Program-made: the position numbers and the translations under genes
Notes under the pieces: model-generated
What the model was told of the DNA's origin: nothing
What the model saw: the letters and a program-made list of their open reading frames with translations, nothing else
Database searches by the model: none
Origin: a virus
Virus genome (UHGV): UHGV-0126638
Length of the DNA: 23,813 nt
Direction: 5' to 3' (one strand)
Shown here: positions 8,602 to 16,733 of the stretch, in pieces
Layout of the letters: every line of letters starts with the position of its first letter
How positions within the stretch are numbered: position 1 is the stretch's first letter

Positions 8602-8790
8602 ATGCAGGACTATTTTTTGGAGTCTTTGAAGCTCCAGCGCATTGATTTTTTTCTTAAGCTTGTAGCGGCTAGTGAGTGTAGTGATGAAGAGAAGGGGCTG
8701 GCTTTGCAGTGGGTTTCTGAACTGACAGATGAACTCATGGCAAAAATCAGAAGCCACGAATACAACCGCTCAATGGATGTCATCAGCTGA
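8602..8790 (+). CDS. Small protein, possible N-terminal part of a Tum-like antirepressor (62 aa)
   Basis: ATG 8602 with AGGAGG 4 nt upstream, directly downstream of the LexA box. Together with the DinI-like ORF it spans 433 nt, about the size of phage 186 tum (~146 aa) as I recall it. Confidence 0.5.
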   Translation: MQDYFLESLKLQRIDFFLKLVAASECSDEEKGLALQWVSELTDELMAKIRSHEYNRSMDVIS

Positions 8791-8800
8791 GGTGACTTTT

Positions 8801-9034
8801 ATGCGCATTGAAATAATGATCGATAAAGAGCAGAAGATTAGCCAGTCTACCCTGGACGCCCTTGAATCCGAGCTTTACCGCAATCTGCGCCCCCTATATC
8901 CCAAAACGGTAATTCGTATCCGTAAAGGTAGCTCTAACGGTGTGGAACTGACCGGACTGCAACTGGATGAAGAAAGAAAACAAGTGATGAAAATTATGCA
9001 GAAGGTGTGGGAAGACGACAGCTGGCTGCATTGA
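8801..9034 (+). CDS. DinI-family protein (Tum C-terminal-like)
   Basis: Translation from ATG 8801 (MRIEIMIDKEQKISQSTLDALESELYRNLRPLYPK...KIMQKVWEDDSWLH) aligns by eye along its whole length with E. coli DinI. GAGGTGA Shine-Dalgarno 5 nt upstream. Confidence 0.75.
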   Translation: MRIEIMIDKEQKISQSTLDALESELYRNLRPLYPKTVIRIRKGSSNGVELTGLQLDEERKQVMKIMQKVWEDDSWLH

Positions 9035-9087
9035 TTTTGTCAATAGATGCTTGTTTTTAATACTTAAAAAGGGTTACATATGAGTGA

Positions 9088-9121
9088 GAGGTGATGTCAA
9101 TCAGATATCACCTCGTTTTTT
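9088..9121 (+). terminator. Rho-independent terminator after the DinI-like gene
   Basis: Inverted repeat GAGGTGAT...ATCACCTC followed by GTTTTTT. It overlaps the 5' extension of ORF 9091..9825, so that extension is unlikely to be coding. Confidence 0.5.
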
Positions 9122-9147
9122 GTCAAGAAAAGAATAATAGGCTAAAA

Positions 9148-9825
9148 ATGAAAATTAACCATATTGCGTTACCTATATCTCTTGCTGTAATCCTAACTGG
9201 TTGCGTGCCTCATGCTTCTAACCGAAATATCACAGCTATTGAAGTGGTGAAGCCTGCTATTGGGCAAAGTGCTACAGCCTACATGGGCGACCCCATCATA
9301 ACATCTGCTACTGGATATAAAACGGACGTACTAGAGCTTGGTGCGGCTAATGGTGCGCTATCTTCTATCTCTGCAGGTACATATTGCAGCGAAGGGAATG
9401 GAATTTACCGCAATCATCATAATTCTCAAGCTGTTGCGCTAAAAAATATCTATGGACAAATCGGCACCTATGTTGATTATGTAAGTTACGATGCTGCAAA
9501 AAATGAGATATCACCACCAAACGGCACTTCTTATACAGCCTCAGAAATTTCTATCAAGCGTGTTCCTGATGGGCTGTGTCGAGTGAGTAACTCATTGGTT
9601 AAGACTATCGAATACAATGGAAATGCAGGCGGTGTAATGAAGTTTACCTATCGTGAGTTTGCAAACGATATGGCTCGTGCAGCGTTTACAACAGATTTTT
9701 CTGTAGATTCGAAGGGAAGTGATGTTATCGCTTACAAAGGAGCCAAGTTCAAAGTGAACAAGGCTGATAACTCGTCTATTTCCTATACAATTATTTCTGG
9801 CTTTGACAAGGCTGTCACGTTCTAG
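9148..9825 (+). CDS. Lipoprotein of unknown function (moron); possible superinfection-exclusion or surface protein
   Basis: Translation from ATG 9148: MKINHIALPISLAVILTGC, a signal peptide with lipobox LTGC. The mature ~205 aa is rich in S, T, G, N and Y (beta-rich appearance). No homolog recalled. Confidence 0.65.
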   Translation: MKINHIALPISLAVILTGCVPHASNRNITAIEVVKPAIGQSATAYMGDPIITSATGYKTDVLELGAANGALSSISAGTYCSEGNGIYRNHHNSQAVALKNIYGQIGTYVDYVSYDAAKNEISPPNGTSYTASEISIKRVPDGLCRVSNSLVKTIEYNGNAGGVMKFTYREFANDMARAAFTTDFSVDSKGSDVIAYKGAKFKVNKADNSSISYTIISGFDKAVTF

Positions 9826-9929
9826 ATTTCACGCTTGCTGAGTATGTTACGATTTTGCACATTCTGCATAAACGCGCATGTCTATGCTGCATGAGATCGC
9901 ATGATCGTTTGAGGATCTTTTGTGTTAAG

Positions 9930-9954
9930 GCCCGCCAGTTCTGGCGGGCTTTTG
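9930..9954 (+). terminator. Rho-independent terminator downstream of the lipoprotein gene
   Basis: Perfect 9-bp stem GCCCGCCAG / CTGGCGGGC around TT, followed by TTTTG. Confidence 0.55.
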
Positions 9955-9998
9955 CGTAGATCATGCAGGTGCATGAAAACCACTACATAAAGCGGGCA

Positions 9999-10017
9999 GG
10001 CGTGGCGGGGATACGAG
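9999..10017. other. cos-like site (candidate cohesive-end sequence) GGCGTGGCGGGGATACGAG
   Basis: The first 13 nt match the 19-nt cohesive ends of phage 186 (GGCGTGGCGGGGAAAGCAT) and 12 of them P2 (GGCGAGGCGGGGAAAGCAC), as I recall them; the last 6 nt diverge. It is followed by CGCGCGC, as at the P2 left end. Confidence 0.4.
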
Positions 10018-10084
10018 CGCGCGCAACGGGTTGTCATTCAAACTCCAATGCTATAAAACTGTGTAATACAAACAACTAAAGTAG

Positions 10085-11839
10085 GTGGCCTCAGTGGAAC
10101 TGCAAGCAAATGCTCGAACCTTAACAAACGTGTTATCTGTAAATAAAAAATATATAGTCCCTAGATTCCAAAGAGAATATTCTTGGGGGAAGGAACAAGT
10201 AAGTGAACTTTGGCATGATATAGTTTCCAATATTCATTACCAGGAGGATGGGCAGTATCAATATGATGAGTATTTCATCGGTGCTCTCGTTTTGGTCGGG
10301 CAGGAAACTAGCTCTGAGCTGATGATTGTAGATGGTCAACAACGTCTTACGACTCTTACTATATTGTTATCAGCATTATGTGATAAATTTAAGTTGATAA
10401 ATGAGTTGGCTGTAGCTCAATCAATATATAATAATTATATATCTGGTATGGATGACGATGGCAGACCTTTTTTTAAATTAGTTAATGAAACTCCTAAGCC
10501 ATACTTTCAAAACAACATTCAGCATATTGATAAGAGAAATGAAGGACCGGAGTCCCTTGAAGAAAGAAACTTGCAATCTTCATATAATGATTTAACTGAG
10601 TATCTTTCAGAAGATAATCTTTGCCAGACATTAGGAGTAGATAGAGAGAAATTTATCTACTTGGAAGCGTTGAAGGCTGTGCGGGATCAAGTTCTACGGT
10701 ATCTGAAAGTGATTTATATTACAGTTAATGATGAAGATGAAGCTTATACAATCTTTGAAACTCTGAATGCTAGGGGATTAAACTTAAGTTATGTAGATCT
10801 TATAAAAAACAAATTATTTAAGAAACTGAATGGCACACATCCTGATGATGATGCAAAAACTAAATGGAATAAAATTAGGCAAATAATTGCTAGTCGTAAT
10901 GGTGTCGGTTCTATCGAGACATTTATCCGTCATTGGTGGGTGTCAAAATATTCTTATGTAAGTAGTGACACTCTTTATAAAGCTTTTCTGGATAAGTGGA
11001 AAAAAGGCGACATTGATGCTTCAGCGTTCATTGATGAGCTACTTTCAGATGCCGAGATATATGTGAAAATATCATCGCCTACAGAACAGGATTTTCCTGA
11101 ACTGGAAATGAAACCAGTTTATCGAGGTTTGCAGGCATTAAGGCTGTTTAACATATCTCAGAATAAACCATTTTTGTTATCTTTATTTAAGGCAAGAGCA
11201 AGAGGAACGCTAAAACTTGTTGATATGAATAATGCAGTGCTGTCAATTGAACGCTTTCATTTTATGTTTAATGCTATTTGTTCATTGCGACCATCAGGTA
11301 TTGAAAGTGCGTATGCTAAAGCTGCTAGGGCTTTAGTGGATGAAGGTTCTACTAAAGCTAGTAATAGACAAGTAATAAAGTCTTTGCTTGAAATGTTGGT
11401 GAAGAGAAAACCAGACATTAATATGTTTGTTGAAAAGTTTGTTATGCTTAAATTTTCAAATCAAGAGTTGAAAAATAAAAGGTTGATTCAGTACATTTTT
11501 AATAGACTTGAGTTACATCACATGAAAACGGGGGAGTATATGCCTGATTCATTAACATTAGAGCATATTCAGCCTCAGAGTGTGGGGGATTCTGAAGTAT
11601 ATAGCATGATAGGAAATTTATTACCACTTTCAAAAGAATTAAATGAAAAAGCTGGAAATAAGTCTGTTGTGGATAAGCTTGAAATTTATAAACAATCACA
11701 ATATGCGCTAGTTAAAATTTTTATTGATGAATTTGAAAATAAATATCAAGGAGAATGGACGCCCGATCATATGAGGTCAAGAGCTGCTGAACTAAGTATT
11801 TTATCGTATAATTCAGTATGGAAATTGGGGCGTGAGTAA
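10085..11839 (+). CDS. DUF262 (ParB-like, DGQQR) plus DUF1524 (His-Me/HNH-like) protein; GmrSD/BrxU/SspE-type candidate modification-dependent nuclease
   Basis: 584-aa ORF (GTG start at 10085; alternative GTG at 10094 after AGGTGG). N-terminal FQREYSW and DGQQR at codons 83-87 (nt 10331-10345) are DUF262 hallmarks; C-terminal LEHIQPQS...GNLLPLSKELNEKAGNKS is DUF1524-like. The gene is markedly AT-rich compared with flanking phage genes. Confidence 0.75.
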   Translation: MASVELQANARTLTNVLSVNKKYIVPRFQREYSWGKEQVSELWHDIVSNIHYQEDGQYQYDEYFIGALVLVGQETSSELMIVDGQQRLTTLTILLSALCDKFKLINELAVAQSIYNNYISGMDDDGRPFFKLVNETPKPYFQNNIQHIDKRNEGPESLEERNLQSSYNDLTEYLSEDNLCQTLGVDREKFIYLEALKAVRDQVLRYLKVIYITVNDEDEAYTIFETLNARGLNLSYVDLIKNKLFKKLNGTHPDDDAKTKWNKIRQIIASRNGVGSIETFIRHWWVSKYSYVSSDTLYKAFLDKWKKGDIDASAFIDELLSDAEIYVKISSPTEQDFPELEMKPVYRGLQALRLFNISQNKPFLLSLFKARARGTLKLVDMNNAVLSIERFHFMFNAICSLRPSGIESAYAKAARALVDEGSTKASNRQVIKSLLEMLVKRKPDINMFVEKFVMLKFSNQELKNKRLIQYIFNRLELHHMKTGEYMPDSLTLEHIQPQSVGDSEVYSMIGNLLPLSKELNEKAGNKSVVDKLEIYKQSQYALVKIFIDEFENKYQGEWTPDHMRSRAAELSILSYNSVWKLGRE

Positions 11840-11866
11840 ATGCCGGGGGGGGGCCCAGCATATTTA

Positions 11867-12916
11867 TCAAAAAGAATCGTTTGTGAAATTTAGGGAGTAG
11901 GCATCAAAGCGTATTGCTTCTTCGCCTAGCCAATAGTTAAGTTCTTGTAGCTGTTTCTGCAGGGGCATCAGTTCGTTGCGGACAAAAACACGACTAGCCT
12001 TCTCCACATCACCAAAGCCCCCAACATTATTAGGCATTATCCCCATCATTTGCGGCGGCACACGATGCGCCGCCATCATGTCGTCCCGGCTCACGTTCTT
12101 GATATTCAGGAACTCATCCTTCGCCGCCACTTCTGACAACGGGATAATCTGAAGCCCATCCTTTTTGCCGTTAGGCGAGTACATAAACAGGTTACGGAAG
12201 TTACCAGGACCTTTGGCACTTTTCATTGCGTTGCGGAGGTTGTTCACATCCTCCTGGTTCTGCGCGGCGTCGGTCATGTACATGATGAAGCCCGCATGGC
12301 TGCCGTTGATGTAATACTTCCGGCGGAACAGCGTGGCGGACTCGTTGAGCAGGGCTGACGGAATGGCAGAAAGATAACCGGGCAGGCCGTAGATCTCCTG
12401 GTTGATGTCCGGCTCCATCAGATGAAAAATGCTGCCTTTCGTGAACTGATACGGCTGGGTTGTCATACCGTATTGCACAAACCAGTAGGTATCCAGGTCT
12501 AACCCGCGTCGGGTGTATTTTGCCAGAGCAGGCTCAAGGGCTATAACTTCACCGAAGCGGTTCGTGCGTTTCTCCAGGTAGGCGTTACCAAAAACCAGAT
12601 AGTCCTGTACAAAACGCGAAAAAGCCTGCTGGCTGAGCAGCGGGTGAGGGATGTAGGTGCTGGTCAGAATGTTGCACTTTACTGCAATCGGGGAACTATG
12701 ATGAACGGCAGCGCGGAAGGTGCGCGCCAGTCCGTCAAAGCTGACGGGCGGCTCATACCAGCGGTCCATCTGTACGCATTCCACATAATCCAGCAGTTCT
12801 CGGCGGTCCAGAACAGGAACGGGATCGCCGAAGCTGAATGCTTCGGCTGTAGTTTGACTTTTAAGCTGGATCTGTTTCGTCGCCGCAGCGCGGTTCTTCT
12901 TACTCTTTCCCATCAA
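11867..12916 (-). CDS. Q: Portal protein, P2 gpQ family
   Basis: 349 aa, leftward, overlapping the start of the terminase gene as in P2. N-terminus MMGKSKKNRAAATK... and size match P2 Q as I recall it. Confidence 0.88.
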   Translation of the reverse strand: MMGKSKKNRAAATKQIQLKSQTTAEAFSFGDPVPVLDRRELLDYVECVQMDRWYEPPVSFDGLARTFRAAVHHSSPIAVKCNILTSTYIPHPLLSQQAFSRFVQDYLVFGNAYLEKRTNRFGEVIALEPALAKYTRRGLDLDTYWFVQYGMTTQPYQFTKGSIFHLMEPDINQEIYGLPGYLSAIPSALLNESATLFRRKYYINGSHAGFIMYMTDAAQNQEDVNNLRNAMKSAKGPGNFRNLFMYSPNGKKDGLQIIPLSEVAAKDEFLNIKNVSRDDMMAAHRVPPQMMGIMPNNVGGFGDVEKASRVFVRNELMPLQKQLQELNYWLGEEAIRFDAYSLNFTNDSF

Positions 12917-14679
12917 AAAATCTCCACAATATTGCTGGTATTGGCGGATTCGCCCTGCAGCGGTTCGTTAAACAGTGCGTGCATCGTTGCCCAGGCCAGA
13001 TCGGCGTGGCTGGCTTCTTCGCTGCGGCTGGCTTCATAGGTCGGGCGGTTGCCACTGGCGGTGGTGGCGCGACGGATCGCCATAAAGGACTGCGCTATGT
13101 CGGTGTGTCCGGCGTCAAACTCCAGACGGCGGTGGCTGATAATGTCGTAGGCCTTGAGTACCAGGGCGTTTTTAACGTTGGGGTTGTAGACAAACTCCCG
13201 GACGGCAGGAAAAAACGCTTTCACGTTCTCGTAAACCCCGTGACCAACGCCGGTTGAGTCGATACCGATATAGGTCACGTTGTACTGTTCGGTCAGTTTT
13301 TTGATGGCGTCAGCCTGGGCGCGGAAGTCCATTCCGCGCCACTGGTGACGCTCAAGAATGCGGAACTTACCGCCCGGCACGACTGGCGGCGCCACCACCA
13401 CGCATCCGGCGCTGTCGCCGTTCTGCGTACCTTTCGCCGGGTCATATCCGATCCACACTTCGCGCCAGCCAAACGGGCGCAGGGCCAGTGCATGAAAGTC
13501 GGTCCAGACTTCCCAACTGTCCACCATGCACGCCTGCAGCTCGCTGAGCGGGAACACAGACGCGAGATCGTCCACGAACTCACACATCAGCAGGTTCTGG
13601 TATTCGTCCGGGCTGTACTCCATGCGCAACTGGTCGAGGTCGAACAGGTTACAGCCGCCGCGCACCGCATCTTCCACAGTGACTATCTGGCGGTACTGCC
13701 CGTCTGCGCACAGCAGGCCGGGGGCCAGATTGCTGTGGGACAGGTCGATGTCCACCTTATCGGCTTTGTTGCGCCCTCGGTTGAACAGCGCACCGGACCA
13801 GAACGGATAAGCACTGTGTGTCAGGCTGGATGGCGTGGAAAAATAGGTTTGTCGCCATTTTTTGTGAATAGCCATACCGGAAGCCACTTTGCGCAGCTCC
13901 TGGAATTTCGGTATCCAGAAATATTCATCCAGATACAGGTTGCCGTGGTAACTCTGGGCCGTGCGGGCATTGGTGCCGAGGAAGTACAGCGTGGCCCCGT
14001 TAGGAAGCACCATCGGATCGCCTTTCAGCTCCACCTCCACTTCTTTGGCGAAGTCGATGATGTACTGCTTAAAGACGTGGGCCTGAGCCTTGCTGGCGGA
14101 AAGGAAAATCTGGTTACGTCCGGTTAGCAGGGCGTCAATCAGGGCTTCACGGGCAAAATAGAAGGTCGCGCCGATCTGGCGTGACTTCAGCAGGTTGCGG
14201 ATGCGGTTGGTTTTTCCGGCTTCCCACCAGTGGCGCTGGTAGTTGAACATGGAGGAATGGAAGATTTCTTCCAGCTTCTCAATCTGTTCATCGGTGAAAA
14301 CGTTCTTTTCCGGCTGACGGCGCGGGCCTTTGTTGCGGTTGGCGACGTTAGGGTTTAAGTCGGCTTCGTTGCCGCCATTGTTAAACTTGCCGATCCGCGC
14401 ATGGCGCTCCGACTGGCGCGCCAGCAGGTCAATCTCTTTGAAATCTTTCCCTTCTTTGTGCTCCTTCATAATGAGCTGGCAGTAGCGTGCGGCGGTGGTG
14501 AGCTGCATCTGATCTAGCGGCCCATAGTCACCCCACTTGTCGCGTTTTTTCCAGCTGTGAACGGTTGCAACTTTCTCGCCCAGCATTTCAGCAATGCGGG
14601 CTACGCGGTATCCCTGAAAGTACAGCAGCATGGCCTGCCGACGGGGATCGAGATCTGCGGGTGTCAGTGTGGTGTTCAT
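12913..14679 (-). CDS. P: Terminase large (ATPase) subunit, P2 gpP family
   Basis: 588 aa, leftward, divergent from O as in P2. A Walker A-like motif (LLKSRQIGAT) is present; size is close to P2 gpP. Confidence 0.88.
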   Translation of the reverse strand: MNTTLTPADLDPRRQAMLLYFQGYRVARIAEMLGEKVATVHSWKKRDKWGDYGPLDQMQLTTAARYCQLIMKEHKEGKDFKEIDLLARQSERHARIGKFNNGGNEADLNPNVANRNKGPRRQPEKNVFTDEQIEKLEEIFHSSMFNYQRHWWEAGKTNRIRNLLKSRQIGATFYFAREALIDALLTGRNQIFLSASKAQAHVFKQYIIDFAKEVEVELKGDPMVLPNGATLYFLGTNARTAQSYHGNLYLDEYFWIPKFQELRKVASGMAIHKKWRQTYFSTPSSLTHSAYPFWSGALFNRGRNKADKVDIDLSHSNLAPGLLCADGQYRQIVTVEDAVRGGCNLFDLDQLRMEYSPDEYQNLLMCEFVDDLASVFPLSELQACMVDSWEVWTDFHALALRPFGWREVWIGYDPAKGTQNGDSAGCVVVAPPVVPGGKFRILERHQWRGMDFRAQADAIKKLTEQYNVTYIGIDSTGVGHGVYENVKAFFPAVREFVYNPNVKNALVLKAYDIISHRRLEFDAGHTDIAQSFMAIRRATTASGNRPTYEASRSEEASHADLAWATMHALFNEPLQGESANTSNIVEIF

Positions 14680-14725
14680 GGCACAAACCTACAGCCTTGA
14701 ATGAAGGCTTTCCCCGCCTGCGGTT

Positions 14726-14743
14726 TGTGTGGTTGTCGGTACA
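14726..14743. promoter_or_regulatory. TGT-N12-ACA dyad in the P/O divergent region; candidate Ogr-dependent late promoter element
   Basis: TGTGTGGTTGTCGGTACA seen directly. The dyad type and spacing match the activator site of P2 late promoters; it sits about 80 bp upstream of the O start codon. Confidence 0.4.
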
Positions 14744-14821
14744 AATACCGCGCATTGTTTCACTGCCCCCATCACCGCAACCATAAGGCTCCAGTAAGTT
14801 TTTTCTAACGGAGCACGGCTC

Positions 14822-15655
14822 ATGACAGTGAAAGCAAAGCGTTTTCGCATCGGGGTGGAAGGTGCCACCACCGACGGACGCGAAATCCAGCGTGAATGGC
14901 TGGAACAGATGGCAGCCAGCTACAACCCGGCGGTGTATACCGCGCTGATTAACCTTGAGCACATCAAGTCTTATCTGCCGGACAGCACCTTTAACCGCTA
15001 CGGCAAGGTGACGGCGCTGTTTGCTGAAGAAATCACGGAAGGTCCGCTGGCAGGCAAGATGGCGCTGTATGCCGACGTTGAGCCAACGGAGTCCCTGGTG
15101 GAACTGGTGAAAAAAGGCCAGAAATTATTCACCTCTATGGAAGTCAGCCCGAAGTTCGCTGATACGGGCAAAGCCTACCTGGTCGGCCTGGCTGCTACTG
15201 ATGACCCTGCCAGTCTGGGTACGGAAATGCTGACATTCAGCGCCAGTGCAGCCCATAACCCGCTGGCAAACCGCAAGCAGAATCCTGCCAATCTCTTTAC
15301 CGCTGCAGAGGAAACGGTGATCGAACTGGAAGAAATCCAGGACGACAAACCGTCCCTGTTTGCCCGCGTCACGGCGCTGTTTACCAAAAAAGAGCAGTCC
15401 GATGACGCCCGGTTCTCTGATGTGCATAAGGCCGTGGAGCTGGTCGCCACTGAGCAGCAGAACCTGAGTGCACGCACCGAAAAATCCCTGTCTGAGCAGG
15501 AAGAACGCCTGTCTGAGCTGGAGACTGCCCTGCAGGCACAGCAAACCGCCTTTAACGAACTGGTGGACAAGCTGAGTCATGAAGACAGTCGCCAGGACTA
15601 CCGCCAGCGTGCAACAGGCGGTAACGCCCCCGCTGACACTCTGACCAATTGCTGA
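14822..15655 (+). CDS. O: Capsid scaffolding protein, P2 gpO family
   Basis: 277 aa, first gene of the rightward late operon, with a C-terminal coiled-coil-like region; position and size match P2 O. Confidence 0.85.
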   Translation: MTVKAKRFRIGVEGATTDGREIQREWLEQMAASYNPAVYTALINLEHIKSYLPDSTFNRYGKVTALFAEEITEGPLAGKMALYADVEPTESLVELVKKGQKLFTSMEVSPKFADTGKAYLVGLAATDDPASLGTEMLTFSASAAHNPLANRKQNPANLFTAAEETVIELEEIQDDKPSLFARVTALFTKKEQSDDARFSDVHKAVELVATEQQNLSARTEKSLSEQEERLSELETALQAQQTAFNELVDKLSHEDSRQDYRQRATGGNAPADTLTNC

Positions 15656-15671
15656 TGGAGCACAAAACCCG

Positions 15672-16730
15672 ATGAAGAAGAATACCCGCTTTGCTTTTAA
15701 CGCTTACCTGCAGCAGCTGGCGCGTCTGAACGGTGTGGCAGTTGAAGAACTGTCCAGCAAGTTCACCGTGGAGCCGTCTGTGCAGCAGACGCTGGAAGAC
15801 CAGATCCAGCAGTCCGCCGCTTTCCTGACGCTGATTAACGTCACGCCAGTGACTGAGCAGTCCGGTCAGCTGCTGGGGCTGGGTGTTGGCAGCACCACTG
15901 CCGGAACCACTGACACCACCGCGAAAGAGCGTGAACCTGTCGATCCGACGCTGATGGTCGATGTGGAATATAAATGCGAGCAGACCAACTTTGACACGGT
16001 GCTGACCTACGCGAAGCTGGACCTGTGGGCGAAGTTTAAGGATTTCCAGGTGCGTATCCGTGACGCCATCGTGAAACGTCAGGCACTGGACCGCATCATG
16101 ATCGGCTTTAACGGCGTGAAGCGTGCGAAAACCTCCAACCGTAGTGAAAACCCGCTGCTGCAGGATGTGAACAAAGGCTGGCTGCAGAAAATCCGTGAGG
16201 ATGCACCGGATCACGTCATGGGCAGCACCACCACGGGCGGCGAAACCACACCGGGTGCGGTGAAAGTCGGGAAAGGTGGCGAATATGCCAACCTGGACGC
16301 TGTGGTGATGGATGCGGTCAATGAGCTTATCGACGTGGTCTACCAGGACGATGACGATCTGGTGGTGATTTGCGGTCGTGAACTGCTGTCTGACAAGTAT
16401 TTCCCGCTGGTCAACAAAGAGCAGGAAAACAGTGAAAAATTGGCAGCCGATATGATTATCAGTCAGAAACGCATGGGCGGTCTGCAGGCCGTGCGTGCGC
16501 CGTTCTTCCCGCCGAATGCGCTGCTGATCACCCGTCTGGATAACTTGTCCATCTACTGGCAGGAAGACACCCGCCGCCGTTCAGTTATCGACAACCCGAA
16601 ACGTGACCGGATTGAAAATTTTGAATCCGTTAACGAAGCCTACGTGGTTGAGGACTACCGCTGCGCCGCACTGGTGGAAAACATCCAGATTGGCGACTTC
16701 AGCGCCGCCGCAGCAGAAACCGGAGCGTAA
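15672..16730 (+). CDS. N: Major capsid protein, P2 gpN family
   Basis: 352 aa; the N-terminus MKKNTRFAFNAYLQQLARLNGV... and many internal segments (KFTVEPSV, GFNGVKRA, GKGGEYANLDA, ISQKRMG, NLSIYWQ, VVEDY) parallel P2 gpN as I recall it. Confidence 0.9.
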   Translation: MKKNTRFAFNAYLQQLARLNGVAVEELSSKFTVEPSVQQTLEDQIQQSAAFLTLINVTPVTEQSGQLLGLGVGSTTAGTTDTTAKEREPVDPTLMVDVEYKCEQTNFDTVLTYAKLDLWAKFKDFQVRIRDAIVKRQALDRIMIGFNGVKRAKTSNRSENPLLQDVNKGWLQKIREDAPDHVMGSTTTGGETTPGAVKVGKGGEYANLDAVVMDAVNELIDVVYQDDDDLVVICGRELLSDKYFPLVNKEQENSEKLAADMIISQKRMGGLQAVRAPFFPPNALLITRLDNLSIYWQEDTRRRSVIDNPKRDRIENFESVNEAYVVEDYRCAALVENIQIGDFSAAAAETGA

Positions 16731-16733
16731 TTC

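Noticed and set aside
9091-9147. N-terminal extension of the lipoprotein ORF (MMSIRYHLVFCQEKNNRLK)
   Set aside because: This segment forms the stem-loop and T-run of the terminator after the DinI-like gene; the lipoprotein signal peptide starts at ATG 9148.
13345-14127. Long plus-strand ORF (260 aa) inside the terminase gene
   Set aside because: Antisense to a well-supported P2 gpP-like gene in a GC-rich region; Arg/His/Ala-rich composition typical of spurious antisense frames.
15552-16214. Minus-strand ORF (220 aa) overlapping the O and N genes
   Set aside because: Antisense to scaffold and capsid genes with strong homology support; no ribosome-binding site; low-complexity translation.
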